Shown here: piece by piece, positions 46,892 through 55,679 of the stretch | Layout: each line of letters starts with the position of its first letter | Numbering within the stretch: the first letter of the stretch is position 1 | From: Candidatus Aminicenantales bacterium | GTDB lineage: Bacteria; Acidobacteriota; Aminicenantia; Aminicenantales; UBA4085 | NCBI GenBank assembly: GCA_049697115.1 | Contig: JBAVVD010000021.1 | Location: 70,409-134,408 of the forward strand | Direction of reading: 5' to 3' | DNA: 64,000 bases | Position numbers and translations under genes: made by a program | The notes under the pieces: generated by a model | Databases searched by the model: none | Seen by the model: only the letters and a program-made list of their open reading frames with translations | Told to the model about the DNA's origin: nothing

Positions 46892-48157
46892 ATGTATAGC
46901 GGTATGGGCCCGATGAAAAGACCGAATCTCAAGTCCCACTGGAAAACATTCCTTCTCTTTCTGGCTGTCGCCGGCCCTGGGATTATCACGTCCAATGTCG
47001 ACAATGATGCGGGCGGAATCGCGACATATTCAATGGCTGGAGCCCATTTCGGATACAGCCTTCTCTGGTCGCTCATCCCCATCATGTTGGCCCTCATTAT
47101 CATCCAGGAAATGAGCGCCCGAATGGGCGTCGTAACCGGAAAGGGTCTTTCGGACCTCATCCGCGAACGATTCGGAGTTCGGATCACTGTCTATCTTCTT
47201 CTGACCTTGGTCCTGACCAATTTCGGTAATGTGATTGCCGAATTTGCCGGAGTGGCCTCGAGCCTGGAAATATTTCACGTCTCAAAGTTCATCTCTGTTC
47301 CAATCAGCGCCCTACTGGTCTGGCTCTTGGTCGTCAAAGGAACCTACCGGTCCGTGGAAAAAATCTTTCTTTATGCCTGTCTGTTCTATGTGACGTACAT
47401 CATCGCTGGCTTCCTGGCCAAACCTGACTGGGGAGAGATTGGGAAAAATCTGATCCATCCAGCATTTGACTTCTCCTCTGTAAGAATGGGAATGCTCATC
47501 GGCCTTGTCGGGACGACCATTGCTCCCTGGATGCAATTCTATCTTCAATCCTCAGTTGTGGAAAAAAATATTGCTGTCAGGGATTATAAGCATGCCCGGC
47601 TGGATGTCGTCATCGGAAGTTTTGTGGTGACCATTATCGCCGGTTTCATCGTTCTCACCTGCGGAGCCACACTTTTTAAATCGGGAATAAAAGTAGACAC
47701 CGCTGCAGATGCGGCCCTGGCCCTGGCTCCTTTGGCAGGGAAGTACTGCTCCGCCCTTTTTGCCTTTGGACTTCTTAATGCTTCCCTTTTCGCCGCTTCT
47801 ATTTTGCCCCTCTCCACAGCCTTTGTCGTCTGCGAAGGCATGGGCTGGGAGAATGGAGTCAATAAAAAATTTTCTGAGGCCCCCCAGTTCTACGGGCTCT
47901 ACTCCATGCTGATTTTTCTCGGGGCGGGCATCATTCTTCTCCCGGGAATCCCTCTTTTCCCGGTCATGTATATCTCCCAAGTCATCAATGGGCTCGTCCT
48001 GCCTGTGATTTTGATTTTCATGCTTCTTTTGGTCAACGACAAAAAGCTGATGGGAGACTATGCGAACAAGCGCGGCGAGAATATTTTTTCCTGGGCCACA
48101 GTGATGCTCTTGGTCATCATGAGCATCTTCTATCTCGGTTCGCTGCTCGGGATTTAG
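46892..48157 (+). CDS. NRAMP/SLC11-family permease of the NRMT (Mg2+-type) variant
   Basis: Multi-TM protein alignable to MntH. TM1 DAGG replaces DPGN, and TM6 TTIAPW replaces A..MPH. The ATG abuts the upstream TAA. Confidence 0.8.
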   Translation: MYSGMGPMKRPNLKSHWKTFLLFLAVAGPGIITSNVDNDAGGIATYSMAGAHFGYSLLWSLIPIMLALIIIQEMSARMGVVTGKGLSDLIRERFGVRITVYLLLTLVLTNFGNVIAEFAGVASSLEIFHVSKFISVPISALLVWLLVVKGTYRSVEKIFLYACLFYVTYIIAGFLAKPDWGEIGKNLIHPAFDFSSVRMGMLIGLVGTTIAPWMQFYLQSSVVEKNIAVRDYKHARLDVVIGSFVVTIIAGFIVLTCGATLFKSGIKVDTAADAALALAPLAGKYCSALFAFGLLNASLFAASILPLSTAFVVCEGMGWENGVNKKFSEAPQFYGLYSMLIFLGAGIILLPGIPLFPVMYISQVINGLVLPVILIFMLLLVNDKKLMGDYANKRGENIFSWATVMLLVIMSIFYLGSLLGI

Positions 48158-48193
48158 TCTGAACTCAATTTGGGACCGCTGCCCTCAGCCGTG

Positions 48194-49318
48194 CTATAAA
48201 ACTTTCTGGTAGACCCGGTATTTTTTATATAGTTTCCCCCCCATTCGTTCCATCTCCGCCCTGACCTTCACGTTGGCTTCCAGTTCATGATGGGTGTCCA
48301 TAATTTCGAATCCCGCCTCAGAGGCAGAGATAATCATCTTCACTCCCATGAGGACATCCAGCCCGATGCCTCTGTATTTTTCTTTAATTCCGCCGAGCAG
48401 AAGGTCCAGTTGTTTTGTCTTTTTGGCTGCCCGAAGGATTTTGAGAAATCCAAAAGGAAAAAGCCGGCCCCGAGCGTTCAGGATCCCCTCCGTCATATCA
48501 GGAATACCGATAACGAAGGCAACCACTTCGTCGCCTTTCTGGACCGCCTTGACAAACCTGGGGTCGATCACTGGAAGATAGCGCTTGGCCAGGTCGTCCA
48601 TCTCATTTTCCTCCAGGGGAGCAAAGCCATAGATATTGCTTTCTGTGTAACATTCATTCATCAGGCTGAGAACAGGCCGAATCCACGGCTTGAGATCTTT
48701 CTTTCTCCGGAATTCACGAATTTCAAAATTCCCGCGCCGTTGAATCCGCTCATAAATTCTTAAGTAAAAATCAGGAAGCTTCTTCGGCACATCCAGCTTA
48801 TAGACAAAATAATCCACATCTTTTGTATAGCCCTCGTGCTCGACCACTTGAGGCAGCCATTCAAAATTGAAATACGTGGCAATTGTTGCCCGGTTCTCAA
48901 ATCCTTCGATGAGGAATCCTTCGGGATCCTGGTCTGAGAAGCCGTAGGGCCCAATGATGCGTGTCATTCCGCGTGCCCGTGCCCACTCTTCAATGCGGGT
49001 CAAAAGGCCATGAACAACTTCCTGGTCTTTCGAGGTCTCAAGATATCCAAATCTGGCGATCCGGACATTGCGGTGCTCATTGTAACGCGTATTGATAATC
49101 CCCATGACGCGGCCGACGGCTTCCTGCTCTCTGAACGCAAGAAGAAGGATTGTCGGACAATACGAAAACGCCTTGTTTGTTTTCGGATTAAAATATTTCC
49201 ATTCATCCATATAAATTGGATGAACCCAATTGACATGATGCGCATGGATTTTTTCCGGAAGATAAATAAAAGTCTTAAGGTCCTTGCGCGTTTTGACTTC
49301 TCTTATTTCAAGATTCAT
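48194..49318 (-). CDS. GNAT-like acyltransferase-family protein (about 375 aa)
   Basis: MNLEIREVKTRKDLKTF... and ...KYRGIGLDVLM patterns. ATG 49318 has AAGGAAAGG upstream. The ORF-track start 49447 looks like a spurious extension. Confidence 0.55.
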   Translation of the reverse strand: MNLEIREVKTRKDLKTFIYLPEKIHAHHVNWVHPIYMDEWKYFNPKTNKAFSYCPTILLLAFREQEAVGRVMGIINTRYNEHRNVRIARFGYLETSKDQEVVHGLLTRIEEWARARGMTRIIGPYGFSDQDPEGFLIEGFENRATIATYFNFEWLPQVVEHEGYTKDVDYFVYKLDVPKKLPDFYLRIYERIQRRGNFEIREFRRKKDLKPWIRPVLSLMNECYTESNIYGFAPLEENEMDDLAKRYLPVIDPRFVKAVQKGDEVVAFVIGIPDMTEGILNARGRLFPFGFLKILRAAKKTKQLDLLLGGIKEKYRGIGLDVLMGVKMIISASEAGFEIMDTHHELEANVKVRAEMERMGGKLYKKYRVYQKVL

Positions 49319-49552
49319 TCGCCCTTTCCTTCTTTCATGAAAATTTACTAAATTTATCCTATAATGAGCGATAAAAATCAACACATTTTTTCTCTGACCG
49401 TATCCCACTTTGTAAGAGAAAGGAGGGAAATTCAGAGCCTGTCCCACAACGGGGATATAATCCGAATTCCCTTGTTTCGGTTCGTGTCCTCGCTTTCCTC
49501 GAAATAGGAAAATTACGGACTCGCTCCTTCGCGCCCAATCGTCTATCCACAG

Positions 49553-49581
49553 TTGACAAGTTCTTGTCTTTCTTAATACAC
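49553..49581 (+). promoter_or_regulatory. Candidate rnf promoter (TTGACA with a weak downstream -10) abutted by a DnaA-box-like CTATCCACA (49543-49551)
   Basis: TTGACA at 49553-49558. TAATAC lies at 15-nt spacing, or ATACAC at 17-nt spacing. The -10 assignment is uncertain. Confidence 0.3.
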
Positions 49582-49614
49582 TTGTCCCTCATTTTATATT
49601 TCGCCTTAATAGCC

Positions 49615-50967
49615 ATGAAACGCAATACTTTTCCTCGTGGAATTCATCCTCCGGAATTGAAGGATCTGACCGCAGAGAAACCCATCGAAGTTCTTCCTCC
49701 TCCGGAAAAAGTCTTCGTCCCTCTGTCTCAGCATTTTGGCAAACCGGCCCAGCCTCTGGTTAAAAAAGGCGATGTCGTCTATCTCGGGCAAAAAATCGGT
49801 GACGCCAGTTCTCTTTTTTCAGCTTCTGTTCACGCTCCTGTCTCTGGAAAGGTCGTCTCCATAGATGACTATAACCACCCCTGCGGAAAACCGGTACCTA
49901 CCGTAACCATAGCCAATGACGGCCAAGACCTGGCGCCTTCAGAAAGACCGGAAGAAAATGGAAAAGGTCCGAGGCTTATGCCTGCTGAAGACCCTTTTTC
50001 TCTCAGCTCTGAGGAAATATGCCAGAAAGTCAGAGAAGCCGGAGTGGTCGGGCTGGGAGGGGCCGCCTTTCCCACCGCGGTCAAGCTCTCTCCACCCAAA
50101 GACGCGAACATCGACACAATCATCATCAACGGTTGCGAGTGTGAGCCCCTGCTGACAGGAGATTACAGGCTCATGATGGAATATCCAGAAGATATCCTTC
50201 AAGGCGCAGAAATCATCCGGCTGGCCGCCTCTGCGAAAAAAGTTGTTGTCGGCATTGAAGATAATAAAATCAAAGCCTTCGAAACGCTTCAAAGATATCT
50301 CAATGGATTCCCCATAGAACTTTCTCTGTTGAAAACGAAATATCCACAGGGAGCAGAAAAGAACCTCATTTTTGCTCTTCTGCGGAGAGCGGTTCCTCGC
50401 GGAGGGCTTCCCTTTAATGTGGGAGTTGTCGTCCAGAACGTGGGGACAGCCAAAGCTGTTTGGGATGCCGTCAAAAAAGGAACGCCTCTTTACGAAAGAG
50501 TCATCACCTGCTCCGGTCCGGGGATCAAAGAGCCGAAGAATGTTCTGGTGCGCATCGGGACGCCTGTCCAGAATGTCATTGACTTCTGCGGCGGGCTGAA
50601 TGACGGGGCGAACCTCCTCATCATCGGCGGCCCAATGATGGGCGTCTCTCAATGGTCTCTGGATGTGCCCCTTATTAAAGGGACATCAGGAATTCTCGCA
50701 TGGCTTCCCGGACCGCAGCCGCGCGAATACAGCTGCATCCGCTGTGCCCGCTGCGTCGACCACTGCCCAATGGGTCTTGTTCCGACTCAGTTGGCCAAGT
50801 TTATCAAATACGAAAACCTGGAAGAAGCGGAAGCCTGGGGTGTACTGGATTGCGTGGAATGCGGATGTTGTCAGTACATCTGTCCTTCCAATATTCCGCT
50901 CGTTCACTGGATTCGCCTTGGGAAAAGTTCTGTCAGCAGTTTGAAATCGAAAAAGAGAGCCGGATGA
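49615..50967 (+). CDS. rnfC: Rnf complex subunit C
   Basis: FPRGIHPPE N-terminus, GLGGAAFPT, and two ferredoxin motifs CIRCARCVDHCP and CVECGCCQYICP. Confidence 0.9.
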   Translation: MKRNTFPRGIHPPELKDLTAEKPIEVLPPPEKVFVPLSQHFGKPAQPLVKKGDVVYLGQKIGDASSLFSASVHAPVSGKVVSIDDYNHPCGKPVPTVTIANDGQDLAPSERPEENGKGPRLMPAEDPFSLSSEEICQKVREAGVVGLGGAAFPTAVKLSPPKDANIDTIIINGCECEPLLTGDYRLMMEYPEDILQGAEIIRLAASAKKVVVGIEDNKIKAFETLQRYLNGFPIELSLLKTKYPQGAEKNLIFALLRRAVPRGGLPFNVGVVVQNVGTAKAVWDAVKKGTPLYERVITCSGPGIKEPKNVLVRIGTPVQNVIDFCGGLNDGANLLIIGGPMMGVSQWSLDVPLIKGTSGILAWLPGPQPREYSCIRCARCVDHCPMGLVPTQLAKFIKYENLEEAEAWGVLDCVECGCCQYICPSNIPLVHWIRLGKSSVSSLKSKKRAG

Positions 50968-51941
50968 CAAACCATAATTTCATCATTAAGTCTTCCCCTC
51001 ATTTCCGGGACAGAGATTCTGTCCCAAAAATTATGTACACCGTCATTATCGGCCTCGCTCCGGCCGGCCTGGCTTCTGTGTACTTTTTCCGTTTCAGAGC
51101 ATTGGCTCTACTCCTCTCTTGTGGTGCAGCCTGCCTGGCCACAGAAGCACTCTTCTTTCTAGTCAGGAAAAAATCCATGCATTCTCTTTTAGACGGATCG
51201 GCGATCATCACAGGCTTGCTTCTGGCCATGACTCTCCCCCCCTCTTTGCCGGTGAGCATGGCCGTCATCGGCTCCGTTGCCGCCATAGGGATTGGCAAAC
51301 AGGTTTTTGGCGGACTCGGCCATAACATTTTTAATCCCGCCCTTGTGGGAAGGGCTTTCCTCGCCACTGCTTTTCCAGCGGCTATGACCACATGGATTCC
51401 TCCGGTTATGGTCACGGTCAACACTGCCACATATGCCACCCCGCTGGGGGATCTGAAATTTCAGAGCGCCCTTGCCAAAGGGACACTCGTTCCCCTGAAA
51501 AGCCTTTTCTGGGGCAATGTCGGAGGTTGTCTAGGCGAAACATCGGCCATTGCCCTTCTTCTGGGAGGTCTTTTTCTCCTCTTCCGCCGGACCATTGACT
51601 GGCGAATCCCTCTGGGCATTTTACTCTCCCTTACCGTATTTACAGGAGTCTTCTGGCTGGCCAGTCCTGATAAATACGTCTCCCCAGGCTTTCACCTCCT
51701 TGCTGGAGGTCTTCTTCTGGGCGCCTTTTTCATGGCCACAGACATGGTCACCTCCCCGCTGGCACCAATGGCCACCTGGATATATGCTCTAGGAATAGGA
51801 TTTCTCATCGGCCTCATCCGCCTTTTCGGAGGATTTCCTGAAGGCGTCATGTATTCTATTCTCTTGATGAATGCCTGTGTCCCGCTGTTGAATATATACA
51901 TTCGCCCCCGTATTCTGGGCCAAGTAAGAAAGAAAAAATGA
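50964..51941 (+). CDS. rnfD: Rnf complex subunit D
   Basis: SSPHFRD..., polytopic, NqrB/RnfD-like. ATGA overlap with rnfC. The ORF-track 50700 start is an out-of-gene extension. Confidence 0.9.
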   Translation: MTNHNFIIKSSPHFRDRDSVPKIMYTVIIGLAPAGLASVYFFRFRALALLLSCGAACLATEALFFLVRKKSMHSLLDGSAIITGLLLAMTLPPSLPVSMAVIGSVAAIGIGKQVFGGLGHNIFNPALVGRAFLATAFPAAMTTWIPPVMVTVNTATYATPLGDLKFQSALAKGTLVPLKSLFWGNVGGCLGETSAIALLLGGLFLLFRRTIDWRIPLGILLSLTVFTGVFWLASPDKYVSPGFHLLAGGLLLGAFFMATDMVTSPLAPMATWIYALGIGFLIGLIRLFGGFPEGVMYSILLMNACVPLLNIYIRPRILGQVRKKK

Positions 51942-52540
51942 CACTCTCTTCGCGAATGCTTGTCGTCCTTTCTTCGGTCGGCCTCCTCTCTGGAGCGCTG
52001 CTGATGAGCGTCAACCTCTTGACCAGGGAAAAGATCGCTGATAACAAGCAGAAAGAAATTGAAGCGGCCGTGACAATCGTCATCCCCGGAACAGAGACAA
52101 GCCAGAAAATCTATGAAGAAAAAGACTTTACCGTTTACGAGGGCATAGACGCCCAGGGACAGGTTGTGGGCTTTGCCATCCAAACCGCGGTTGCCGGATT
52201 TCAGGATAAAATCCTTTTCCTTTTCGGGACAAACGCGCCCCTCACGAAGATCAACAGCCTCTACATACTGGACCAGAAGGAAACACCGGGTCTGGGCGCA
52301 AAAATCACGGACCATGAAGCCTTCCTTCAATTCTGGGAGGAGAAAGTCTTCACCCGGCCGCTCACTCTGCACAAACCTCCGGCCAAAAAAGAGAATCTTT
52401 CTTCGTCGGAAGTGAACACCATTACGGGAGCGACCATTTCCTCGGAAGCGGTTCTCTCCGGTGTCAATAAATCGCTAGAAAAAATCAAACAATTAAAAGA
52501 AGAGGGAAGGCTTTTCACCGAGGGGGCCCATGCCAAATAA
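51938..52540 (+). CDS. rnfG: Rnf complex subunit G (FMN-binding)
   Basis: One N-terminal TM helix and the flavinylation-type motif TITGATISS. Confidence 0.85.
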   Translation: MTLSSRMLVVLSSVGLLSGALLMSVNLLTREKIADNKQKEIEAAVTIVIPGTETSQKIYEEKDFTVYEGIDAQGQVVGFAIQTAVAGFQDKILFLFGTNAPLTKINSLYILDQKETPGLGAKITDHEAFLQFWEEKVFTRPLTLHKPPAKKENLSSSEVNTITGATISSEAVLSGVNKSLEKIKQLKEEGRLFTEGAHAK

Positions 52541-53141
52541 AAGCCTGGGGCAGGAATTCACGAAAGGGCTTTGGTCAGAGAACCCTGTTTCACGACAGCT
52601 TCTAGGCCTGTGTTCGGTCCTGGCCATCACGAATGCCGTTATTAACAGCGTAGCGATGGCGTTGGCCGTGACCTTTGTCACAATCTTCAGCTCCCTCTTT
52701 ATTTCTCTGGTGAGGAAGCTGATTCCCAACCAAGTCAGAATCGCCTCTTATATCGTCATCATCGCTTCCTTTGTCACCATTGCAGACCGTTTTCTGGCCG
52801 CCTATTTCCCTCCGCTCTCCAAGGCGCTCGGCCCCTATGTCCCCCTGATTGTGGTCAATTGCATCATCCTCGGCCGAGCCGAAGCATTTGCTTCAAAAAA
52901 CACGGTCGGCCGTTCCTTTGTCGACGCCCTCGGCATGAGCGCGGGATACACTGTTATTATTATCCTCATAGGCGTTATCCGTGAAGTCCTCGGAAACGGT
53001 ACTCTTCTCGGTTTCAGGATCCTTGGCGCCTGGTATGAGCCCTGGATTGTCATGATCCTCCCTCCTGGAGCCTTCCTCACGTTGGGGATCATTGTCGCTG
53101 TGGCCAACCAGATTGAGTTAAAGGCCAAAAAAAGGAGATAG
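52530..53141 (+). CDS. rnfE: Rnf complex subunit E
   Basis: NPVSRQLLGLCSVLA and PLIVVNCIILGRAEAFA. Confidence 0.9.
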   Translation: MPNKSLGQEFTKGLWSENPVSRQLLGLCSVLAITNAVINSVAMALAVTFVTIFSSLFISLVRKLIPNQVRIASYIVIIASFVTIADRFLAAYFPPLSKALGPYVPLIVVNCIILGRAEAFASKNTVGRSFVDALGMSAGYTVIIILIGVIREVLGNGTLLGFRILGAWYEPWIVMILPPGAFLTLGIIVAVANQIELKAKKRR

Positions 53142-53143
53142 CC

Positions 53144-53719
53144 GTGGAGCTTTTCATTATTTTCATTTCTGCGATTCTGATCAACAACTTCGTCCTCCGC
53201 TATTTCCTGGGGCTCTGTCCATTTCTTGGCGTTTCAAAGAAGATTGACTCTGCCTTTTCCATGGGCGTAGCCGTGACTTTTGTCATGGCCCTGACAGCTG
53301 TGGCTTCCTGGGCCATCAACTACTGGATTCTCATCCCCTATAAGCTGGACTACCTCCAGATCGTCTCCTTCATTCTGGTCATCGCTGCTCTGGTTCAGCT
53401 GGTGGAAATGTTTATCCGGAAGACCAGCCCTCCGCTCTATCAGGCGATGGGAATTTACCTCCCGCTCATCACAACAAACTGCTGCATCATGGGCCTGGCT
53501 CTTCTCACCGCATTAAAGGAATACAATTTTATGGAAGCCGTTGTGTTTGGTGTCGGGGCAGGAATCGGATTTACTGTGGCGATTGTCCTGATGGCCGCCA
53601 TTCGCGAACAGCTCGATTTGGCTGACGTTCCCGAGGCTCTCAAAGGTGCCGGAATTTCCCTTATTGTCACAGGAATCCTTGCCCTGGCCTTCTTGGGCTT
53701 CTCCGGAATGATCAAATGA
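53144..53719 (+). CDS. rnfA: Rnf complex subunit A
   Basis: FLGLCPFLGVS and LPLITTNCCIMG. GTG start. Confidence 0.9.
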   Translation: MELFIIFISAILINNFVLRYFLGLCPFLGVSKKIDSAFSMGVAVTFVMALTAVASWAINYWILIPYKLDYLQIVSFILVIAALVQLVEMFIRKTSPPLYQAMGIYLPLITTNCCIMGLALLTALKEYNFMEAVVFGVGAGIGFTVAIVLMAAIREQLDLADVPEALKGAGISLIVTGILALAFLGFSGMIK

Positions 53720-54519
53720 TGGATATTCTCGTTCCTGTCATCACTATGGGAGGCTTGGCGTTCATCTTTGCCCTGGGCCTGATTTATGCCTCAAAGAAGT
53801 TCCATGTTTATGTCGACCCTCGGATCGAAAAAATAGCCGAATTTCTGCCGCAGGCAAACTGCGGAGCCTGCGGGTATGCTGGCTGCCGGGCCCTGGCTGA
53901 AGCCGTGGTCAACGGGAAGGCTGCCGCCAACAGCTGTCCAGTCGGAGGGGAGGAAACAGCCAAACGGATCGCTGAAATCCTTGGCGTTCAAACAGAAGGA
54001 ATCATCAAAAAGATTGCCCGTGTTCTCTGCCGGGGCACATGGAAGGCGGCCAGGTCCCGGGGAAGTTATCAGGGACTTCTTTCCTGTAAGGGCTCAAATC
54101 TGATCGGAGGAAATAAGCAGTGTTCCTACGGCTGCCTCGGGCTGGGGGACTGTGTTTTGGCTTGTCCTTTTGATGCTCTGTTTATGGGCGAGGACGCCCT
54201 GCCTCACGTTCGCAAAGACCTGTGCACGGCCTGTGGAAAATGTGTCGAAGCCTGCCCGAGAAATATCATGGAGCTTCATCCGACTTCAACGGAAATCCTT
54301 GTCTTCTGCCGCTCTCTGGACCGCGGGCCGACAGCCAGAAAAGTTTGTGACAACGCCTGTATTGCCTGTGGGATTTGCTCCAGAGCCTGTCCCGAGGGTA
54401 TAATTATAGAAAATTACCTGGCCAAAATCGTCGACGATAAAAAAATAACTCCGGAAAAAATACCGGAAATAGAAAAATGCCCCACCGGAGCGATTGGCCG
54501 GATTCCCAAAAATGATTGA
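53716..54519 (+). CDS. rnfB: Rnf complex subunit B
   Basis: N-terminal TM helix, CGACGYAGCRALAEA cluster, and multiple 4Fe-4S motifs. Confidence 0.9.
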   Translation: MMDILVPVITMGGLAFIFALGLIYASKKFHVYVDPRIEKIAEFLPQANCGACGYAGCRALAEAVVNGKAAANSCPVGGEETAKRIAEILGVQTEGIIKKIARVLCRGTWKAARSRGSYQGLLSCKGSNLIGGNKQCSYGCLGLGDCVLACPFDALFMGEDALPHVRKDLCTACGKCVEACPRNIMELHPTSTEILVFCRSLDRGPTARKVCDNACIACGICSRACPEGIIIENYLAKIVDDKKITPEKIPEIEKCPTGAIGRIPKND

Positions 54520-54952
54520 TGACGCCGTGGTTGTCTCAACGCAAAAAGATATGGCCCGTGTGAAGGTCACTTCAAGCTCCCTCTGTTGTTCCTGCTCAGC
54601 CCGCCTTATCTGCCAGGGACAACAAGGTGAAGGCGGAACCCTTACCGTCTTTAATCCCCTGAAGGCCGCTCCAGGAGATTTGGTTAAAATTAATATCCCG
54701 GAAGCCAAATACAACAGGGAAACCCTCCGGATTTTTGGAATCCTTCTCATCTCTTCACTCCTGGGTCTTGCCCTGGGCTATCTCGCCGCTCCAATGCTCA
54801 AGCTGCCGGCTCAAGCCGCTGGCTTCATCGGGCTTCTGGTCGGTTTGGCTCTGGGAGGCCTCGGTCTTTTTCGCTATTCCCGAACCCAAAACAAGCGAAA
54901 ACTGTATCCGGTGATCTTGGCCATCGTCCACAAAGGAGAGACTCATGGATAG
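54512..54952 (+). CDS. RseC/MucC-family (SoxR-reducing-system) membrane protein
   Basis: MIDDAVVVS...ARVKV...CCSCSA N-domain plus two TM helices. 8-nt overlap with rnfB. Confidence 0.7.
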   Translation: MIDDAVVVSTQKDMARVKVTSSSLCCSCSARLICQGQQGEGGTLTVFNPLKAAPGDLVKINIPEAKYNRETLRIFGILLISSLLGLALGYLAAPMLKLPAQAAGFIGLLVGLALGGLGLFRYSRTQNKRKLYPVILAIVHKGETHG

Positions 54953-55679
54953 ACGAGATTTTTTTAAAAATGTCCTCTCGGCTTCTCTTCTCACACCGCT
55001 TTTTATCGGATCGAAGCCCGCAAAGGAGAACTCCGAGCTCTTCCTCATCTCCGACAATTCCCACAGAGTTGTCCCCACCCTCCTGGAAGAATTGACGGGC
55101 GTCGGCCTCATCAAGGGAAAAAGCTTTGACTTCCTCAGCGTCCATCCTGAAGCTGAAGAAATAAAAAAATCTCTTGTCCATTCCGGCTGGAAGCCGTTAC
55201 CTTCTTCTTCTCCCGCTGACATTTCCATTGCCTTCCGACTTCTTCACCATCCGGTCCCGCCCTCTTTTACGCTCATCAAAGAAGGGCAGATCGTGGAAAT
55301 AAGAACCCATCGACTGCTCGCCCTGTGGACAGAAATCAACCGAAATGAAAGGCCTTCTTCTTGCCTGACGACGCTTTCTATGGCGAAAGTCCGGCCCCGT
55401 CTTCAACCCGGAGTTTTCGCCACAATCTCTCTCCAGGGAAAGACAGTGGACAAAATCTCCCTCGAGAGAGACATCCAAAAAACTTACCTGACAAAGAACG
55501 GGAACCTCTCTGTCGTCGTGAAATCGGGAAAGGCCGAGGTCGCTTCTTCGTCATGCCCCCAGAAGGTCTGCGTTTCCTCTCCCCCCGTTTCTCTGGCTGG
55601 AGAGAGAATCATTTGTGTTCCGAATCATTTCCTTTTACAAATCGAGGGGCCCCATTTATTTGACACGATCATTGGCTAA
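54945..55679 (+). CDS. NusG domain II (DUF1312)-containing protein with Tat-like signal
   Basis: MDRRDFFKNVL... N-terminus. C-terminus CPQKVCVSSPPVSLAGERIICVPNHFLLQIEG resembles the NusG_II pattern. Confidence 0.55.
   Translation: MDRRDFFKNVLSASLLTPLFIGSKPAKENSELFLISDNSHRVVPTLLEELTGVGLIKGKSFDFLSVHPEAEEIKKSLVHSGWKPLPSSSPADISIAFRLLHHPVPPSFTLIKEGQIVEIRTHRLLALWTEINRNERPSSCLTTLSMAKVRPRLQPGVFATISLQGKTVDKISLERDIQKTYLTKNGNLSVVVKSGKAEVASSSCPQKVCVSSPPVSLAGERIICVPNHFLLQIEGPHLFDTIIG

Noticed and set aside
49319-50963. ORF-track N-terminal extensions: GNAT gene to 49447, rnfC from TTG 49564, rnfD from 50700.
   Set aside because: The extensions lie in intergenic DNA or inside the upstream gene and add non-conserved residues. 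Internal ATGs give canonical N-termini, with ATGA coupling for rnfD and an SD for the GNAT gene.
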